64,000 nucleotides of DNA from positions 114,142,001-114,206,000 of the forward strand of contig OX597816.1 of assembly GCA_951406725.2 (NCBI GenBank), in the 5' to 3' direction. The stretch comes from Octopus vulgaris. Lineage: Eukaryota. Made by a program: the position numbers and the translations under genes. Under the pieces are notes generated by a model. The model did not search any database. It was not told the origin of the DNA and saw only the letters and a list, made by a program, of their open reading frames with translations. Positions 14,455 to 28,997 of the stretch are shown in pieces (within the stretch, counting starts at the first letter, position 1; each line of letters begins with the position of its first letter).

Positions 14455-15503
14455 TATATATTTGCACATTACATATACAGTGGATTCTCATATATGTAAA
14501 ACTTTCTTTCACTTCAATCCACTCTACTAAGTATTATTCTATATTTAGTAAGGAGAAACTCTGCTATACTGTAAATCTGAAAACTTCATGAAATGTAAGT
14601 CTGAATTCTTTTACATCTGTCAAAAAAACTGGAAACATGAAACTTGGAGTAATTGTTAGTGAAGTTTCCAACTTCTAATAAATATGATAAACTCTAAAGT
14701 TTGAATTCAGTACTCTTCTTTGCTCTTTTCTTCTCTTTCACATAATTCTTAGTGCCATAACATAGACACAAACACAAGTACACATACACACAGAGAATGT
14801 CACACTGGCTGTATTGCCCTTTTTCTTTTTTTTTAATCATTTTCATGTGTATATTAATTGGTACATTTTTACTTTTTATATATGTTGTTTAAGTATTTGT
14901 ATGCCAGATCTATTAGTATTTATTTATTTATCAATACATTATGTATAATAAAAAGAACATGGGTTTCCTCAGCTGAAGAAAGTAATGTCTCTCAGAGATA
15001 AATTCTATAAATAATGTCTATGGAAATTACGAATCAAATTATTTGATGTATGTTGAACATAACTGATAAATATTATTAATATTATTCATACAGGAGAAAT
15101 ATTTGATCATATTAGAGGAGATGGTTGTAGCTAGCATAATTAGTAGAGCACTGGTCAGATTGCCTTGCAGGTGTTTAGTTATATCCCTTCATATTCAAAC
15201 CTTGCTTTAACTTTCATCTTTTGGGGTTTAATGAAAATATAAGGTTGTACTGAGGTTGGTTTAATCAACAATGTCTTATCATCATATTTGTAGCCTTATT
15301 CTAAGTGTCACAATCAATATACAGAAAGGATTGAAGTACACACTGAGTAGTATAGAGATTTAAAATAAAACTTGCCTTTTAATTTTATATATAGCTTGTT
15401 GACTTTCAGTATTGTAAATTACATGAAATCTTTCAGGATTGAAAATCATTAGTGTAGACAAGAGAGGGAAATGTAAGTATATATATATATATGTGTGTGT
15501 GCT

Positions 15504-15622
<119 letters not shown>

Positions 15623-16821
15623 TTTGTGCGAGAAAGAGAATACAAGAGGGAATGAGTAAAACTGTCTAGTTGTCATAGGGTATCACCATGGACTTCTATA
15701 AAATTGAAAGTTTGTAGGTCTTAAATAAAGTGATTTTAAAGAATTAGCTTTACTGTAATGAAAGCCATTACATCCTGTTAAAAAACACAAACAAAACATT
15801 TTATTTTAAACCTCATATAGATAACTTAAAAATGAGTAAAAGCTATTTGAAGAAATGCAGGGTAGAGATTGATACTTCAGCTTATACAGCATTTACAGAC
15901 CTTTATGATATTTCATAAATTTACATATATATCTAAAAAGAAAAAAAGTGAATATAGAAGCACAACTATATTGCTTGAGAATACACAATCTGCAAAGCTA
16001 TTATTTGTAAGATGTGAATTTTAAACTAAAAATATTTTCACAGGTAAAATTTAAAATGTATCTTTAAAAAAGTAGAAAATACTTCTTTTCTTCTCCTCCA
16101 TTCTAAACCGAGAAATGACTGTCCTACACCCTGCCATACAGAATATAACTTTTTAAATAGAAACTTGTATATTTTAAACTCAATCACCAACCTTAAAACA
16201 TATTTAATTCGTTTTTGTTTTTGTTTTTATCACTATCTCAAAAAAGCCTATCAGATTTTCAGAATCTTTCAGATCAAATTTTCAAATAGAAATAAAATCA
16301 GGAAAATAATTCAAATATTTGTATTTTCCTGATAGGAAAAACTATAAAAATAAAAGATAAATCATAAATAATTTAACATAAGTTTCTTAATTTCAATTAA
16401 TGCTAAGAATAAAGTAGAAAAGGCTTGGGAGTGATTACACAAAATTAAAAACAGGATTTTTAATGAAAACTTAAAAGCTAAATTAATCAGTATAATCAAA
16501 CTTTTAAAACAATGTCCAATGAAAACGATTTCTTGGCTAAGAAGAGAAAGAACAACTTGGATGTTATCTTTGATTCAAATGTTAGCATCAAAAATATAGT
16601 TAAATTATTAATAATAAAATAGAGTCTGCTCAGTGATAATATGTACTTCATTACACATAATGTAAGCAATTAAATGGGACATTAGAATATGAAATATTGA
16701 TAAAAGATAGGAAATGTTTAAAGGATTTTGAGATATCTTCAAGATTCCATAGGAAGATATATTACATAAATAAACAATGTGTGCATACATTTACATAAGA
16801 ATGTACACAAACTCACATATA

Positions 16822-16862
<41 letters not shown>

Positions 16863-17091
16863 TTGTATGCCTAAATATATGTATGTGTAGTATTTAATAA
16901 TCATATTTATTTTACATTTTACATACTAAATCATAAAAACAAGCATGTTTGTATATATATTTGTATACAGGTACATATGAATATAGATGTACACATATAT
17001 ACACATACTCTATAAATATTTAGAGAAAAAGGAAAAAAAATGAAGCTTCTGGCCAACATAGGACAACTGCACCCCTCACTTTCTTGCTCAG

Positions 17092-17125
<34 letters not shown>

Positions 17126-18031
17126 AAGTTGAAATTGTTTCTCCTTTTCATAATTCTATTATAAATTTGATTACTGACCACAAAATTTTAAAAAATGATA
17201 TTAATTATTTTTACATATAATAAAGAAATAAGTAGGATATTATTTCAAACAGAAACAAAATCTAGTATCATAAGTCATAAGTAAATTCAATGTTTAAATT
17301 TATATAGATTCTGTATACTTTTCTGTAAGATATAAATATATTACTTTTGAGGTGGGGAGATGCCCTTAAGGCATTTATATTTTGTTATAAATTAATTAAA
17401 ATAAAGGATAACATTATTGATATAGTTATTCTTGTTATTAATTGGTATTACTAACTTCAGCTTATTTATGTTGTATGCACATATACATGTGTGTGTGTGT
17501 ACATAGGTGTGAGTGTAAAATAGCAAGAGAAATTAATGGAAAAAGTAAGAATTCAATAAACTTATTTAGATATACATCAGCTTAGGAATTAGGTAAATGC
17601 TGACAATGTATAAACTATTTGTAATATTTATTTTCTTTCTTTAAATCTATTTGTGTTTTTTCTTTTTAGTAACCTAGTCTAATTTCTAAATTAAATGTGG
17701 AACTTCTTTTTTAAAAAATAATTTAGCCGAGGTGTTTATTCATTTATCAAAATAGCTATTCACAAACACAACATGCATATAAGAATATTAAATAGTAAAG
17801 ACAGAAGGTAGCCTAATTGCAAAAACAAACAATTGTTACAATTTGAACATGAAGTCTTCTAAATTAAACAAAATTTTTTAGAAAAAATAAATGATGTATA
17901 AAGGAGGCTTTAAATTAATGTAATGAATGAACACAATATAAACATTAACAAAAACACAGAAAACAGGGCAAAATCAAAATTATTTTATAATTATATTTGT
18001 GGTATGCAAGATTGCTTGTATACATGAATGC

Positions 18032-18095
<64 letters not shown>

Positions 18096-18395
18096 GTCTA
18101 TCTGTCTGTGTATATATATATATATAATGTATATGCTTGTGTGTGTGTGTATTGCAGACACACACAACTTCATATAAAAATATATTCACATATCTACTTG
18201 CACACAGCGGGCTAACTTTTGCAGCCAGGTAAATCTGAATCACTCTTTACTACTAACAGACAAATAGATGGACTGTCATTTGTAGTACATATAAACAAGG
18301 ACACCTACATGATAGCTACTTACAGGCAGATGGTCTATATCAATATATAAAGATAGGAACAAGTGTGTGTGTGTGTATATATATATACTTGTACA

Positions 18396-18431
<36 letters not shown>

Positions 18432-19092
18432 TAGATAGATAGATAGATAGATATACACACATACACATGCACATACATACATACATGAGCATCCCAATCT
18501 GGGGTAAAACCATGAGTAAACTGTCACCTTTTAATATTGTAAGAATATTTATCCATTCAACCCACCAAATCAAGTTCTATATCAAGTAACACTTGCACTG
18601 TGAAGGATATATTTTTGATATATCTTCTGCATCTTACTTTAATTGTGTGTATCTTAGGTAATTGTGTGTGTGTATCAATCCCTAGTGTCTTAAATACGAG
18701 AAGGTTCTCTCATACACACTGAGTCAATGAGAAAGCTGATAAATAGTCAAATGATGAGTTTCTTTTAGTTACCATGCAACAAATCCACTCACTAGGCTTT
18801 GGTCAGCCCAGACCTTTAGTACAAGATATTTGGTGTATGTGCCATGTAGAGGGTTTGAATCCAAAACTATGTGTTTGGGAACCAAACTTCTCAACTATTC
18901 ATGCCTATACACAGACACACACACACATTATATATTTATTAATACACACATATGTATATGCATATATACATACACATATATATATTTATTAATATATATA
19001 TATGCATACATATATACATGTGTATATATAATATACATACAAATATATAAAGATATATACACACATACATGTATACACACACATGTATGTAT

Positions 19093-19143
<51 letters not shown>

Positions 19144-19885
19144 ACTTTGAGAGAGTGGGATCAGTTGATTATAGCAGCTTTAAGACTTGACATGTGCTTA
19201 ATTTTTTTTTATCATCAACCGAAAGATGAAAGGGCAAGTTGATTTTGGTGGGATTTGAACTTATGAAAATGTATGTACTAAAAAACAGTGAAACATACTG
19301 TCCAGTACTCTAGTGATTTGGTTAGCAATTTGGTTTCTTCCTCACCCTTCACAACAATAACAATAATAATGTCAACAAGAATAATAAATATATAAATGGC
19401 AAGAATCATGTTACAGCATGGCATGAATTTGAAGAATAAAAAAAAAATGTAATTGGAAATAGCATGATGGACAGTAAAGCTTCTTGTTCTTATATCATCA
19501 TCATCTTTGACTTTTTACTAGCCATAATTGGGTGCATATATCATCATCCCTCCCCTGCATCTTATTACTCTTCCTTCATATTGATTTTTCAATATTTCAA
19601 TAAGCATCTTTCACCCATATAAATAGTAGGATTCAAACTGCTTCCTTTTATTTACTCAGCTGTTCCTCCCTTTATGTTTTACAGGATTTGGGGATGAGCA
19701 GGGTGTAAGGATCTTTTTTTGCCTTCTCTTCCTTATCCTATCCACTTGATCTCCATTTCCAGTAATAAATAAACATGAACAAAAAAAAGTCCAAACAACA
19801 AAAACACAAAATAAAACAACAACTTAGCATAGATACAGACATCTGTATTACAATTTCCGATGAATCATTTGAAAAGTAAAAAAGA

Positions 19886-19923
<38 letters not shown>

Positions 19924-20568
19924 ATTTTTCTGTTCTTCTATGATTTATCCAGAATACAACACCCTACCCATTACTGTATGTCCTTTATTTTCCCAAAATA
20001 ACTTTCAGACAGATTCTAAGAAAATTCCCACCTCACATTTTCTTCCTTTTCTTTTTCTTTTTTTTTTGTAAAATTTCTAAGCGGAGTATAGACAAAATTT
20101 TTAAAAGATAAGCACTGCTTTTCATGTATTCTAAATCTGGACCTTGAATGGAATCTTATATTAGCATGTATATATATATATATATGAATGTGTGTACATA
20201 GGTTTGCATGTAAAAAGGCACAAAGGTGAATACGGTTGACAGTAACAGTGTGTGTGTGTCTCTCTGTTGTGTGTCTCTCTCCCCAACTCTCTCTCCAAAC
20301 AGAATACAGATGGATTAGGAAATCAGACACACATACAACTTCTCCCCTAACTCACTACATACCTAGGTCTAAACAAGCGAAGTTTCTTTTCTTCTTTTTC
20401 TTTTAAACAAATTTATTTAGATATTTCTTTTTTTTGAGGAGAAGGCTTAAATATTTTTCCATTTTTTTCATATTATCAGTATTATTGTTTCATTTCCTTT
20501 TGACATAATAAATGCAACATTGAAAGCTATGCAATAACAATATGACCAGTAAATGGCAATAACACAAA

Positions 20569-20619
<51 letters not shown>

Positions 20620-20758
20620 CATACATATTTATGCTGGGTATAATTAAATTAGAATGTTTTAAAAAGACTACAAATATAATATTAAATACACCTGTCTTCA
20701 GAATCAAATAACCATACAAGATAAGGTACATGTATGGTGTGTGTGTGTGTGTGAAGAC

Positions 20759-20799
<41 letters not shown>

Positions 20800-20947
20800 T
20801 GTATACGTATGTGCACTTATATATATGTGCACTTATATATATGTATACACATGTATGCATACACACACAGACTGTGTGTATATATATATATATATTTCTA
20901 TCTATTTATCTATATATACATATATATATACATGCATACATATATAT

Positions 20948-20996
<49 letters not shown>

Positions 20997-21115
20997 TGCA
21001 CACTAAGAAACACACACATACACACAAAACAAGAACGCTTCACAGTTGCAGTCTCTATGAGTTTTGTGTGTGTGTGTGTGTGTGCGTGCGTGCGTGCGTC
21101 TGTGTGTGTGTGTGT

Positions 21116-21146
<31 letters not shown>

Positions 21147-21324
21147 TGGTGTGCAATCAAAATGCATAGAGACTGCCACCATGAAGTACTGCTGAAAGTT
21201 TTGAAGTTAGTCATCATCCGTTGCATCAGAATACAGTATTCAGAATTTACATTTATATTTATTACTTTGTTAGTATTTTTTTAGCAGCTGCTTTTTAGGT
21301 TGTTTTTCATAACCATACACCCCA

Positions 21325-21358
<34 letters not shown>

Positions 21359-21368
21359 GTACAGAGTT

Positions 21369-21515
21369 CCACCTCAAATTTGCCATCTTCAACTTCAATT
21401 TCGTTAACATCAACCTCAAATTCGTCATTGTCAGCCTTCAATTTCTTTTTTTTTTTTCAGTCTTGGTTATGTTGCCATCTATCTTGATTTCGTCATTGTC
21501 AACTTAAATGTTGTC
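21369..21515. repeat. Degenerate 21-bp minisatellite
   Basis: The units are acctcaaatttgccatcttca / acttcaatttcgttaacatca / acctcaaattcgtcattgtca. Further units follow a poly-T tract. Confidence 0.65.
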
Positions 21516-22433
21516 ACTCTAGGATAGATCAAAATGCTTTTATAAAAAGCCACTGATATCAGTGATTATTCGATGCAGAATTGTAAAAGAATATAAACGT
21601 TAAATAGTTTTATAAAGGCCTTACAAATTTTGTATTATATAAATTGTTGCATCTTACATAACCTTAAATATACATATATTTAGTTACAGAAGATGTAAAA
21701 CTACATACTATGCATATACAACAGGTCAAAGACAAAAATAAATAACATCAGTTATTTATTATTACCATTTTTTAACTCTCTTAAATCAAGCATAATCATC
21801 TTAGGTTATGAAAGTCGGTCTTGCATTGAGCAATATATTATGTAAATACATGTACAACACTAGGCTGACTTTAAATATATACATACATACATTTCATAGT
21901 GCTCAAGAGATAGAGGAGTAAATGTAAGGACAAGCAATTTAGGCAAGTTACTCCTCTAACTGCTCAAGTTCAAATCTACTGAGCACTATGAAATGTATTC
22001 TATACAGAGAATACCTGTCTCTAATCTATAAATTACATACATATGTACACATTCAGATGAATATGGTACTTAAGTTGAGGCACCAGAATTTAGTACGGTA
22101 TTATCCATACAATTTCAAAATAAGGTGATTAGAATCAAAATAAACAACAAGGATATCCAGAGGTAATACAGTGCTTGTAAGATTGCAGTTTCAATTTCTG
22201 AACTGGGTGGTGTGTTGTGTGCTTGAGCAAAAGACTTCATCGCACGTTCCTCTGCAGTCACGTTGATACCTGGTGTGAGGTTTACTCAGCACCTGTTCAG
22301 GTGACATCGATTTAATGGAGGGAGTGAGCTAATGTACAGAATATCCATTTGATCACAATAAACAAAGCGTTTATGTGATTATTCAGCAAGAAATTGCAAA
22401 ACTGCCTTTCTCATACCATAAGAGACTACCATC

Positions 22434-22454
22434 ATGTGTATGTGTGTGTGTGCA

Positions 22455-22491
<37 letters not shown>

Positions 22492-22544
22492 ATGCGTGTG
22501 TGTGTGTGTGTGTGTGTGCATGCGTGTGTGTGTGTGTGTGTGCA

Positions 22545-22580
<36 letters not shown>

Positions 22581-22606
22581 CGTGTGTGTGTGTGTGTGTG
22601 TGCATG

Positions 22607-22650
<44 letters not shown>

Positions 22651-22665
22651 ATGTATGTGTGTGTA
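22434..22665. repeat. Compound (TG)n microsatellite with periodic CATGCG interruptions
   Basis: About 230 bp of near-continuous purine/pyrimidine alternation. Confidence 0.95.
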
Positions 22666-22813
22666 TAAATATCTGTTGATTCATCTGAAATGATAAATTA
22701 CAGGACTTAAAACAAATGTAGAGTATTCTTTAATACATTATAACTGAAACGCTCCAATTTCCAGCACTCAGAGTTTTGAAATATGAAACAAAAGTTTGAA
22801 GAAAACTCTCATC

Positions 22814-22846
<33 letters not shown>

Positions 22847-24064
22847 TTCCATGCACCTATATATGTACACACACACATTTAACTATACACGCATGCATAT
22901 CCATGCAGTGGTGTACCCATATACAAATGTTTGTCAGTGTCCGACAAATCATATACATATGTGTGTGTGAGTGAAATTATGATAAACAGAAGTTTATATC
23001 ATTTGTTTCCTATGTATGTCTCACTGTTTTGGTTGTTTTCGACTTGTGCATTAGATGGCCCAAGCACAAGTGGATGCTGTACCATGACAGATCATCAGAG
23101 GAACACATGTTACAGTGATCAAATATCTGAAATGGGATGGATGGTGAGACATTTTATAACTGTGTCAACAGGGAAGCATATAGATAGCAAACAAGAGAGA
23201 GAGAGAGAAGACAGGATTTAATTTTTTCCTTTCCTTTGGGTTGCATGATTTGACAGGACCCAATGGACCCAAGGACTGCACCATGTTCCATTGTCTGTTT
23301 GGTATGGTTTCTATGGTTGGATGTCCTTCCTGACACCAACCACTTTACAGTGTGTACTGGGTGCTTTTTTTCCTGCCACCAGCACTAGTGAGGTTGCCAC
23401 ACAGCTTTCAGGACTAGATCTTGAGTAGGGAGAGTGAACTTTATGGTAAGAAAATAAGGAGTAGAGAGGAGTAAAGTATGAGAGAAAAGGGGCTAGAGCA
23501 AGCAGGTTTCTTGCTGAAGAGGCACTAAATCACTACACATGCTGTAGAAAAGAGGGTGGTGGGGAACTGGAAATTGGTGATGAGGTGTTAGGGTGAACCT
23601 TCAAAGTACAATGTGGGTAGGAATGCCAGAAATGGGAGGAGTTACAGATATCTAGTGCAGGACAGCAACATAGAGATGATAATACAGGAAACAGGGGGAT
23701 GGAAGAGAGCAGACATGGGCGGTGTATGTGTGTGTGTGTGTGTGGGGGGGCGCAGTCAAGTAAGCTGCAGGAGTGGATGGGGAAGAGAGAAAGGCAGGTA
23801 CAGTGTATTAAGAAGATAGGATGTAAGGAGGTGGAGAGATAATTTGATGGCAAAGTGGTGTGGTAGGGGTGATCAATAAAAAAAGTATGAGTGCAGATAA
23901 GGATTAATGGATGAACGACAGATAACAAGTGAAGTAGTTCTGGGTAGTAAGAAAAGTGGTATCAAGGAGGAACTGCAGTTGGGGGAGTGATAGCCAGTAG
24001 ATTATTTGAGGAGGGGAATTGGGTGCAGGGCCCAAATGTGCATATATACACAAACACAATCAAT

Positions 24065-24425
24065 TCTATTGGAGCTCAGCTATGCTAACTTGGGTAGGTC
24101 TTCTTGAGAACCACATATTGCTTGGCCCTTTGTCATCTCCTCTACAAGGTTCAAGGTTTTGAAATCAGTCTTTACCATCTTGTCATATGTCTTCTTGAGT
24201 CTCCCTCTTCCATGACTTCCATCAACTAACTGTTAGTGCTCAGTACTTCTTTATACAGCTGTCCTTATCCATACTTGTCACAAGTCCATACCAGCACAAT
24301 CTTCTTTCTTGCACACTGCTTCTGGTTCCTCTTATGTCAACCACTTTTGTACAATGCCTTTCATGCACACTTACATTGCATATCAAATGAAGCATGCTTG
24401 CTCCATTTCTTTCCAGTCTTTTCAT
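24065..24425 (-). mobile_element. Decayed RTE-clade LINE 3' end
   Basis: The ORF MKRLERNGASMLHLICNVSVH...VQERRLCWYGLVTSMDKDSCIKK matches the RTE C-terminal RRLRWYGHV.RM motif. Confidence 0.8.
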
Positions 24426-26124
24426 ATATATATTGCTTGTTTATATAGATTTATAGACATATATAGCAGCAGTGTGAGAGAGGATTATGACGTTTACTAA
24501 GATATCAATAGTGTATGTGAAGTTGCCTTTATGTAAATAAATTTTTATTGTCAGAGGACAAAACTGGAATCATTCTTCTTCAATTAATTTGTATGTTTTA
24601 TCATAATTTACACACAGATCATACATAGTCTGAATGATAAGCAAAGGTATTAGCTTCAGAAATGTTCAATTTCCATTACACACTTGCCACATTGCTGTTA
24701 CTAACTTCGCTGCTAACATTAATTATATTACAAAAATAACAGGAATGTTGGATTAAGAAAAAATTTTTAGGAACTGTAACCCAGAAGTATCTGTATCTAC
24801 CAACTGGGAGGCTGCTGGAAATTAAGTGGAAAGTTATAGAAAATATTACTGAGTTTTACAGTAGCTACAAAGTTTTAACCAGGCTCTGTATAAATCTAGT
24901 GGGTTCCTAGAACAACTTCAGTTTGAGTCTCAAGTCTCCTATCAGAAATTTAACTGCACATGGTGTATGAACAATATCACACTGAGTTTCAACATACAGA
25001 ACAAGGCCACTTCCTTTCAATGGTGGGATATTATAAACATACATACATACACATACTGCATTCACACTTACTTTACATATAAACAATGTCATGTGGGAAG
25101 TGTACTAATGTGTTTTATATCCAGATAAATTAAGTTACAAACAAAAACAAAATTAAAGTGATGTATAATATCAACTGGAGGTGCCAGGTTTGCATCAAGA
25201 AGATAGGAGATAAAAACACTTTCATATACATGCAGAATTAAGAAGACTTCCCTTAACCACACACATACACACACGAGTGCATACATAGAAAGTCTCACGT
25301 TGTTGACACATTACTTCAGTTTTATCATATATAACATGTTTGTCACCTTAACCACACTTACAGTTGACCCTTTGGGTTTTTATTTGCACACAAAGTCTAT
25401 TGCTTTTCCTAGTCTTTTTAGGACTTCATTTAATGAATTAAGATAAAGAATGAATGTATCCCACTTTAAAGGTTTCACAGCATCAGTGAATTTTTGGCCA
25501 GAGACTTCATTGTATCTCATAGCAATTTATTTCTTTATGTACAAAGAAATTATCTGTTCTGAAAGCATATCTCACTAGTTTCCAATATAACATGTAAATG
25601 CTATGAAGGTTCAGCTTCGAGCTACTGATTTGCTTTTTCCAATGGGTTGCAACAGGATAAAATAAAAGAAATGTCAAAAGACATCAGGTTTTATTTATTT
25701 TTTTCCCCCTTTTATTTTGTTTATATTTTATATATATTAGTTTTGTTTTAAATGAATCTATCTAATTTTGTTTCAGAAACCATAGGAAACTAAGAAAGCA
25801 CAAATGATATATTGTCTATAGTCTTTGAAATATCAAGAGTAGTGATAAAGTAATATATGTAAAAAAAAATAATAAATAAATAAATATAGAAAAAAAAAGT
25901 GGATGACCTCCATTAAGCATAAAAGGTAACATTAAAATTCCATATGGAAATATTATGATTGTGATGTATTCTTAGGGTAATATCAAAATAGTGTGTGCGC
26001 GTATGTGTGTGTGTGTGCGCGTGTGTGTGTGCGTGTGTGAGTGTATGACTATACATATCTACCCACATAAATATATCTATAGTCATATATAAATGCATAT
26101 GTATTTATTTGTGTGTGTATTATT

Positions 26125-26158
<34 letters not shown>

Positions 26159-26228
26159 GAATATGTTACACACACACATATATATATGCATGCATATGTA
26201 TATATATAAATATAAATGAAATGCATAC

Positions 26229-26266
<38 letters not shown>

Positions 26267-26771
26267 CATCATCATCATCATTTTAATGGCCATTTTTCTA
26301 TGCTTGTATAGATTGAATAGAGTTCAATGGGGCAGATTTTCTACAGCTGAATGCCCTTCCTATCATCAACCCTCTCTTGTTTCCAAGTTAGGTAATACTT
26401 CTCCATTGCCAGACATGATTTTGATTTTGCAGAATATTAGAAATGTGAGTGACACATGATGTCAAAAGAAGGAGACACAATCAGAAATATATATATGTGT
26501 GTGTGTGTGTGTGTGAACATGTGTAAGTGTTTATATAGTCACAAATTGAGAATTTCGCTTCCCAAGTAAATGGCTTCAGGTTCAGTTCCACAGCACAACA
26601 TCTCGAGCAACATCTTCTACTATTAAAAGGTATCACTAATATTCAATTCAGGATTGCACACACTACACTGCAGAAGTTGTGTGCATGACTGTGGATAATT
26701 CGGTGATTTTTATGAGCAGAATAAACTCAGATACATGCATTCATATGTATCAATATCTCTTTGTCTGTTTA

Positions 26772-26930
26772 TCATCATCATAGTTGTTTAATGTCTACTT
26801 TCCATGCTAGCATGGGCTGGACGGTTTGACTGAGGGCTGGCAAGCCAGAAGGCTGCACCAGGCTCCAATCTGATCTAGCGGTTTCTACAGCTGGATACCC
26901 TTCCTCATGCCATCCACACCAAGAGTGTAG
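26772..26930 (-). mobile_element. 3' fragment of the same (GAT)n-tailed retroposon
   Basis: It aligns closely with 60835-60996. Confidence 0.8.
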
Positions 26931-28691
26931 TATATATATATATATATACAGTCAAGCTACTTGTACAAGTTCTGGTGACTCTTTGTTGCCACCCAATTCT
27001 ATTATTTATATTTGAATTAGGAGCTTGAGTCATAATGAATCTTTCATTAGCTCTTCACACAGCTTCTTTCGATGTGTTGCCATTACTTCTTTTGAAAGAG
27101 CTTGTTGATCCTGACTATTGATCTTCTAGGATTCCTCTACTCAGCATTAATGTAAGAATCACTGTTGGCTCAACTGGGCTCTTTCACTGCCCCTTCACAA
27201 TCTGCCATGATGCAGTTCCATGACTTCAATGTATCCCTGGAACGGTAGCTGAATGGGTGTTATGTCTTGCCAAAGAGCAGTCTGTAACTATGCATGCAGG
27301 ACACAGTTTCCACTCTGTGAGGTATTTTCTAAATACATATTTTCCACCCATGAAAGGGTCGAAAATATGTGTTCACTTGTGCTGTCTAATAGGTTTCAGA
27401 CAACTTCTGCATGTCTTATTCAACTTCCAAACATGTGCATCCAGAAGCTGTAAAAGATAACTAATGTTTTCATATACAATATATCTATTTAACCATATCT
27501 GTCTATCTATCTATCTATCTGTTTGTCTGTCTATATAATGAAGGTCTAGTTATTGACTATAAACCACCCTTAAAGAAATTATGACGTTGTTAAACACCGA
27601 GAATAACTGTTATCCATTAATGAAATGATTCATGACAATCAGCCAGACTGTTTCACTACAGCTTATGAAATAAATGAGCAATGTTTCTCATTTGTTTATT
27701 TGATAAGCTAGGGGAAATAATCTAACCAGTTGTTATAGACATGTTCATCACCCCATCATCATCATCATCATCATATAATGCTCTTGTTCCATGCTGGCAT
27801 GTGTGTACATGCATGTTGTGTGTGTAAGTATGTATACACAGATGTACATATGTATGTTACATGCACACACATTTATTTTTAGTACGTCACATCTTCAGTG
27901 AGTTGACTTAACATAGAAACAGCGATGAGTGGATTTTTTGATGGTGCATGTATGCATACTTGATTATGAATATATGCAAAGAATATACACTATACAATTT
28001 TATCAATGTGTTCATACATATGCATTCCAATGTACATACTACACACACACACACACTCAAAGATGGTTTTGTGTACAATTATTATTGTTACTATAACAAC
28101 TGGGTTTTTCTCATTTATACTGCCATGAATTAGAAGAACACACGCATATATACAAGTGCCTCTCTATCCAGAACCTAGTTAATACTCTGTTGGTGTTAGT
28201 GATAGGTGTCTATTATTGCGTCTGCAATGTAGGAAAAGAATGTAATACTGATTATTCTTGGAGATAGTGTTTTGAGTAAGAAAATGTTGCAGAGAGAGGC
28301 TGAGTATCTAAACAAGACAAAATATTTAAAGCAAATTTAAACACAGTTGTTACTCAGATCTGATAATGCAGGATTGTGGTGAATAGAAATATGTTGTTTA
28401 TACATCTAATACAACTGACACTTGCATTGAAAGTTGGAAATGAAAATGATGATGAGTTCTTATACAGATAATTAGAAAGAATAATTATTGTGGTTTTTCC
28501 AGGTATAGTGAAAGATATTTCCTGACAAGTTTAATTTGCACAGAAATCTCTATAAGGAGACAGATTCCATTCACAAAGACAAGAGAAAAAAAGAATAAAT
28601 AAATAAATAAATAAAAGCTTAGTTAATTTTAAATAACTAAACTTGAATATATTTTTTGAATATTATATTTTTTTTTCTTATTTCATGTATA

Positions 28692-28750
28692 TACAAGAAA
28701 TTTCAAGTGAATACAAGAAATTTCAGGTAGATACAAGGAATATCTCAGAT
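28692..28750. repeat. 20-bp tandem repeat, 3 units
   Basis: The units are tacaagaaatttcaagtgaa / tacaagaaatttcaggtaga / tacaaggaatatctcagat. Confidence 0.8.
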
Positions 28751-28948
28751 TCAATGAAGAAAAAAAATGGAAAGGAAAAAAAAAAATGATGACCACATAC
28801 ACACACAGAAACACTATAGCATCAAACAAAGAAGGCATTTCTATCCAAGCTGACACATTTTTCTTGCTAAATTGAATGGTGCCAGATAAAAAGAGTACCA
28901 ATTACAAAGTGTTTAGGTGCCAGCAGTGCTGAGCTGATAATAATAATG

Positions 28949-28997
<49 letters not shown>

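Noticed and set aside
15940-16020. miR-137 precursor gene
   Set aside because: There is no complementary arm on either side and the 3' end diverges. It is kept only as a possible target site.
21174-21195. Perfect Kozak GCCACCATG
   Set aside because: It opens only MKYC followed by a stop codon.
28692-28750. CRISPR-like short repeats (also 21369-21515)
   Set aside because: They are contiguous tandem units without unique spacers or cas genes, in eukaryotic DNA.
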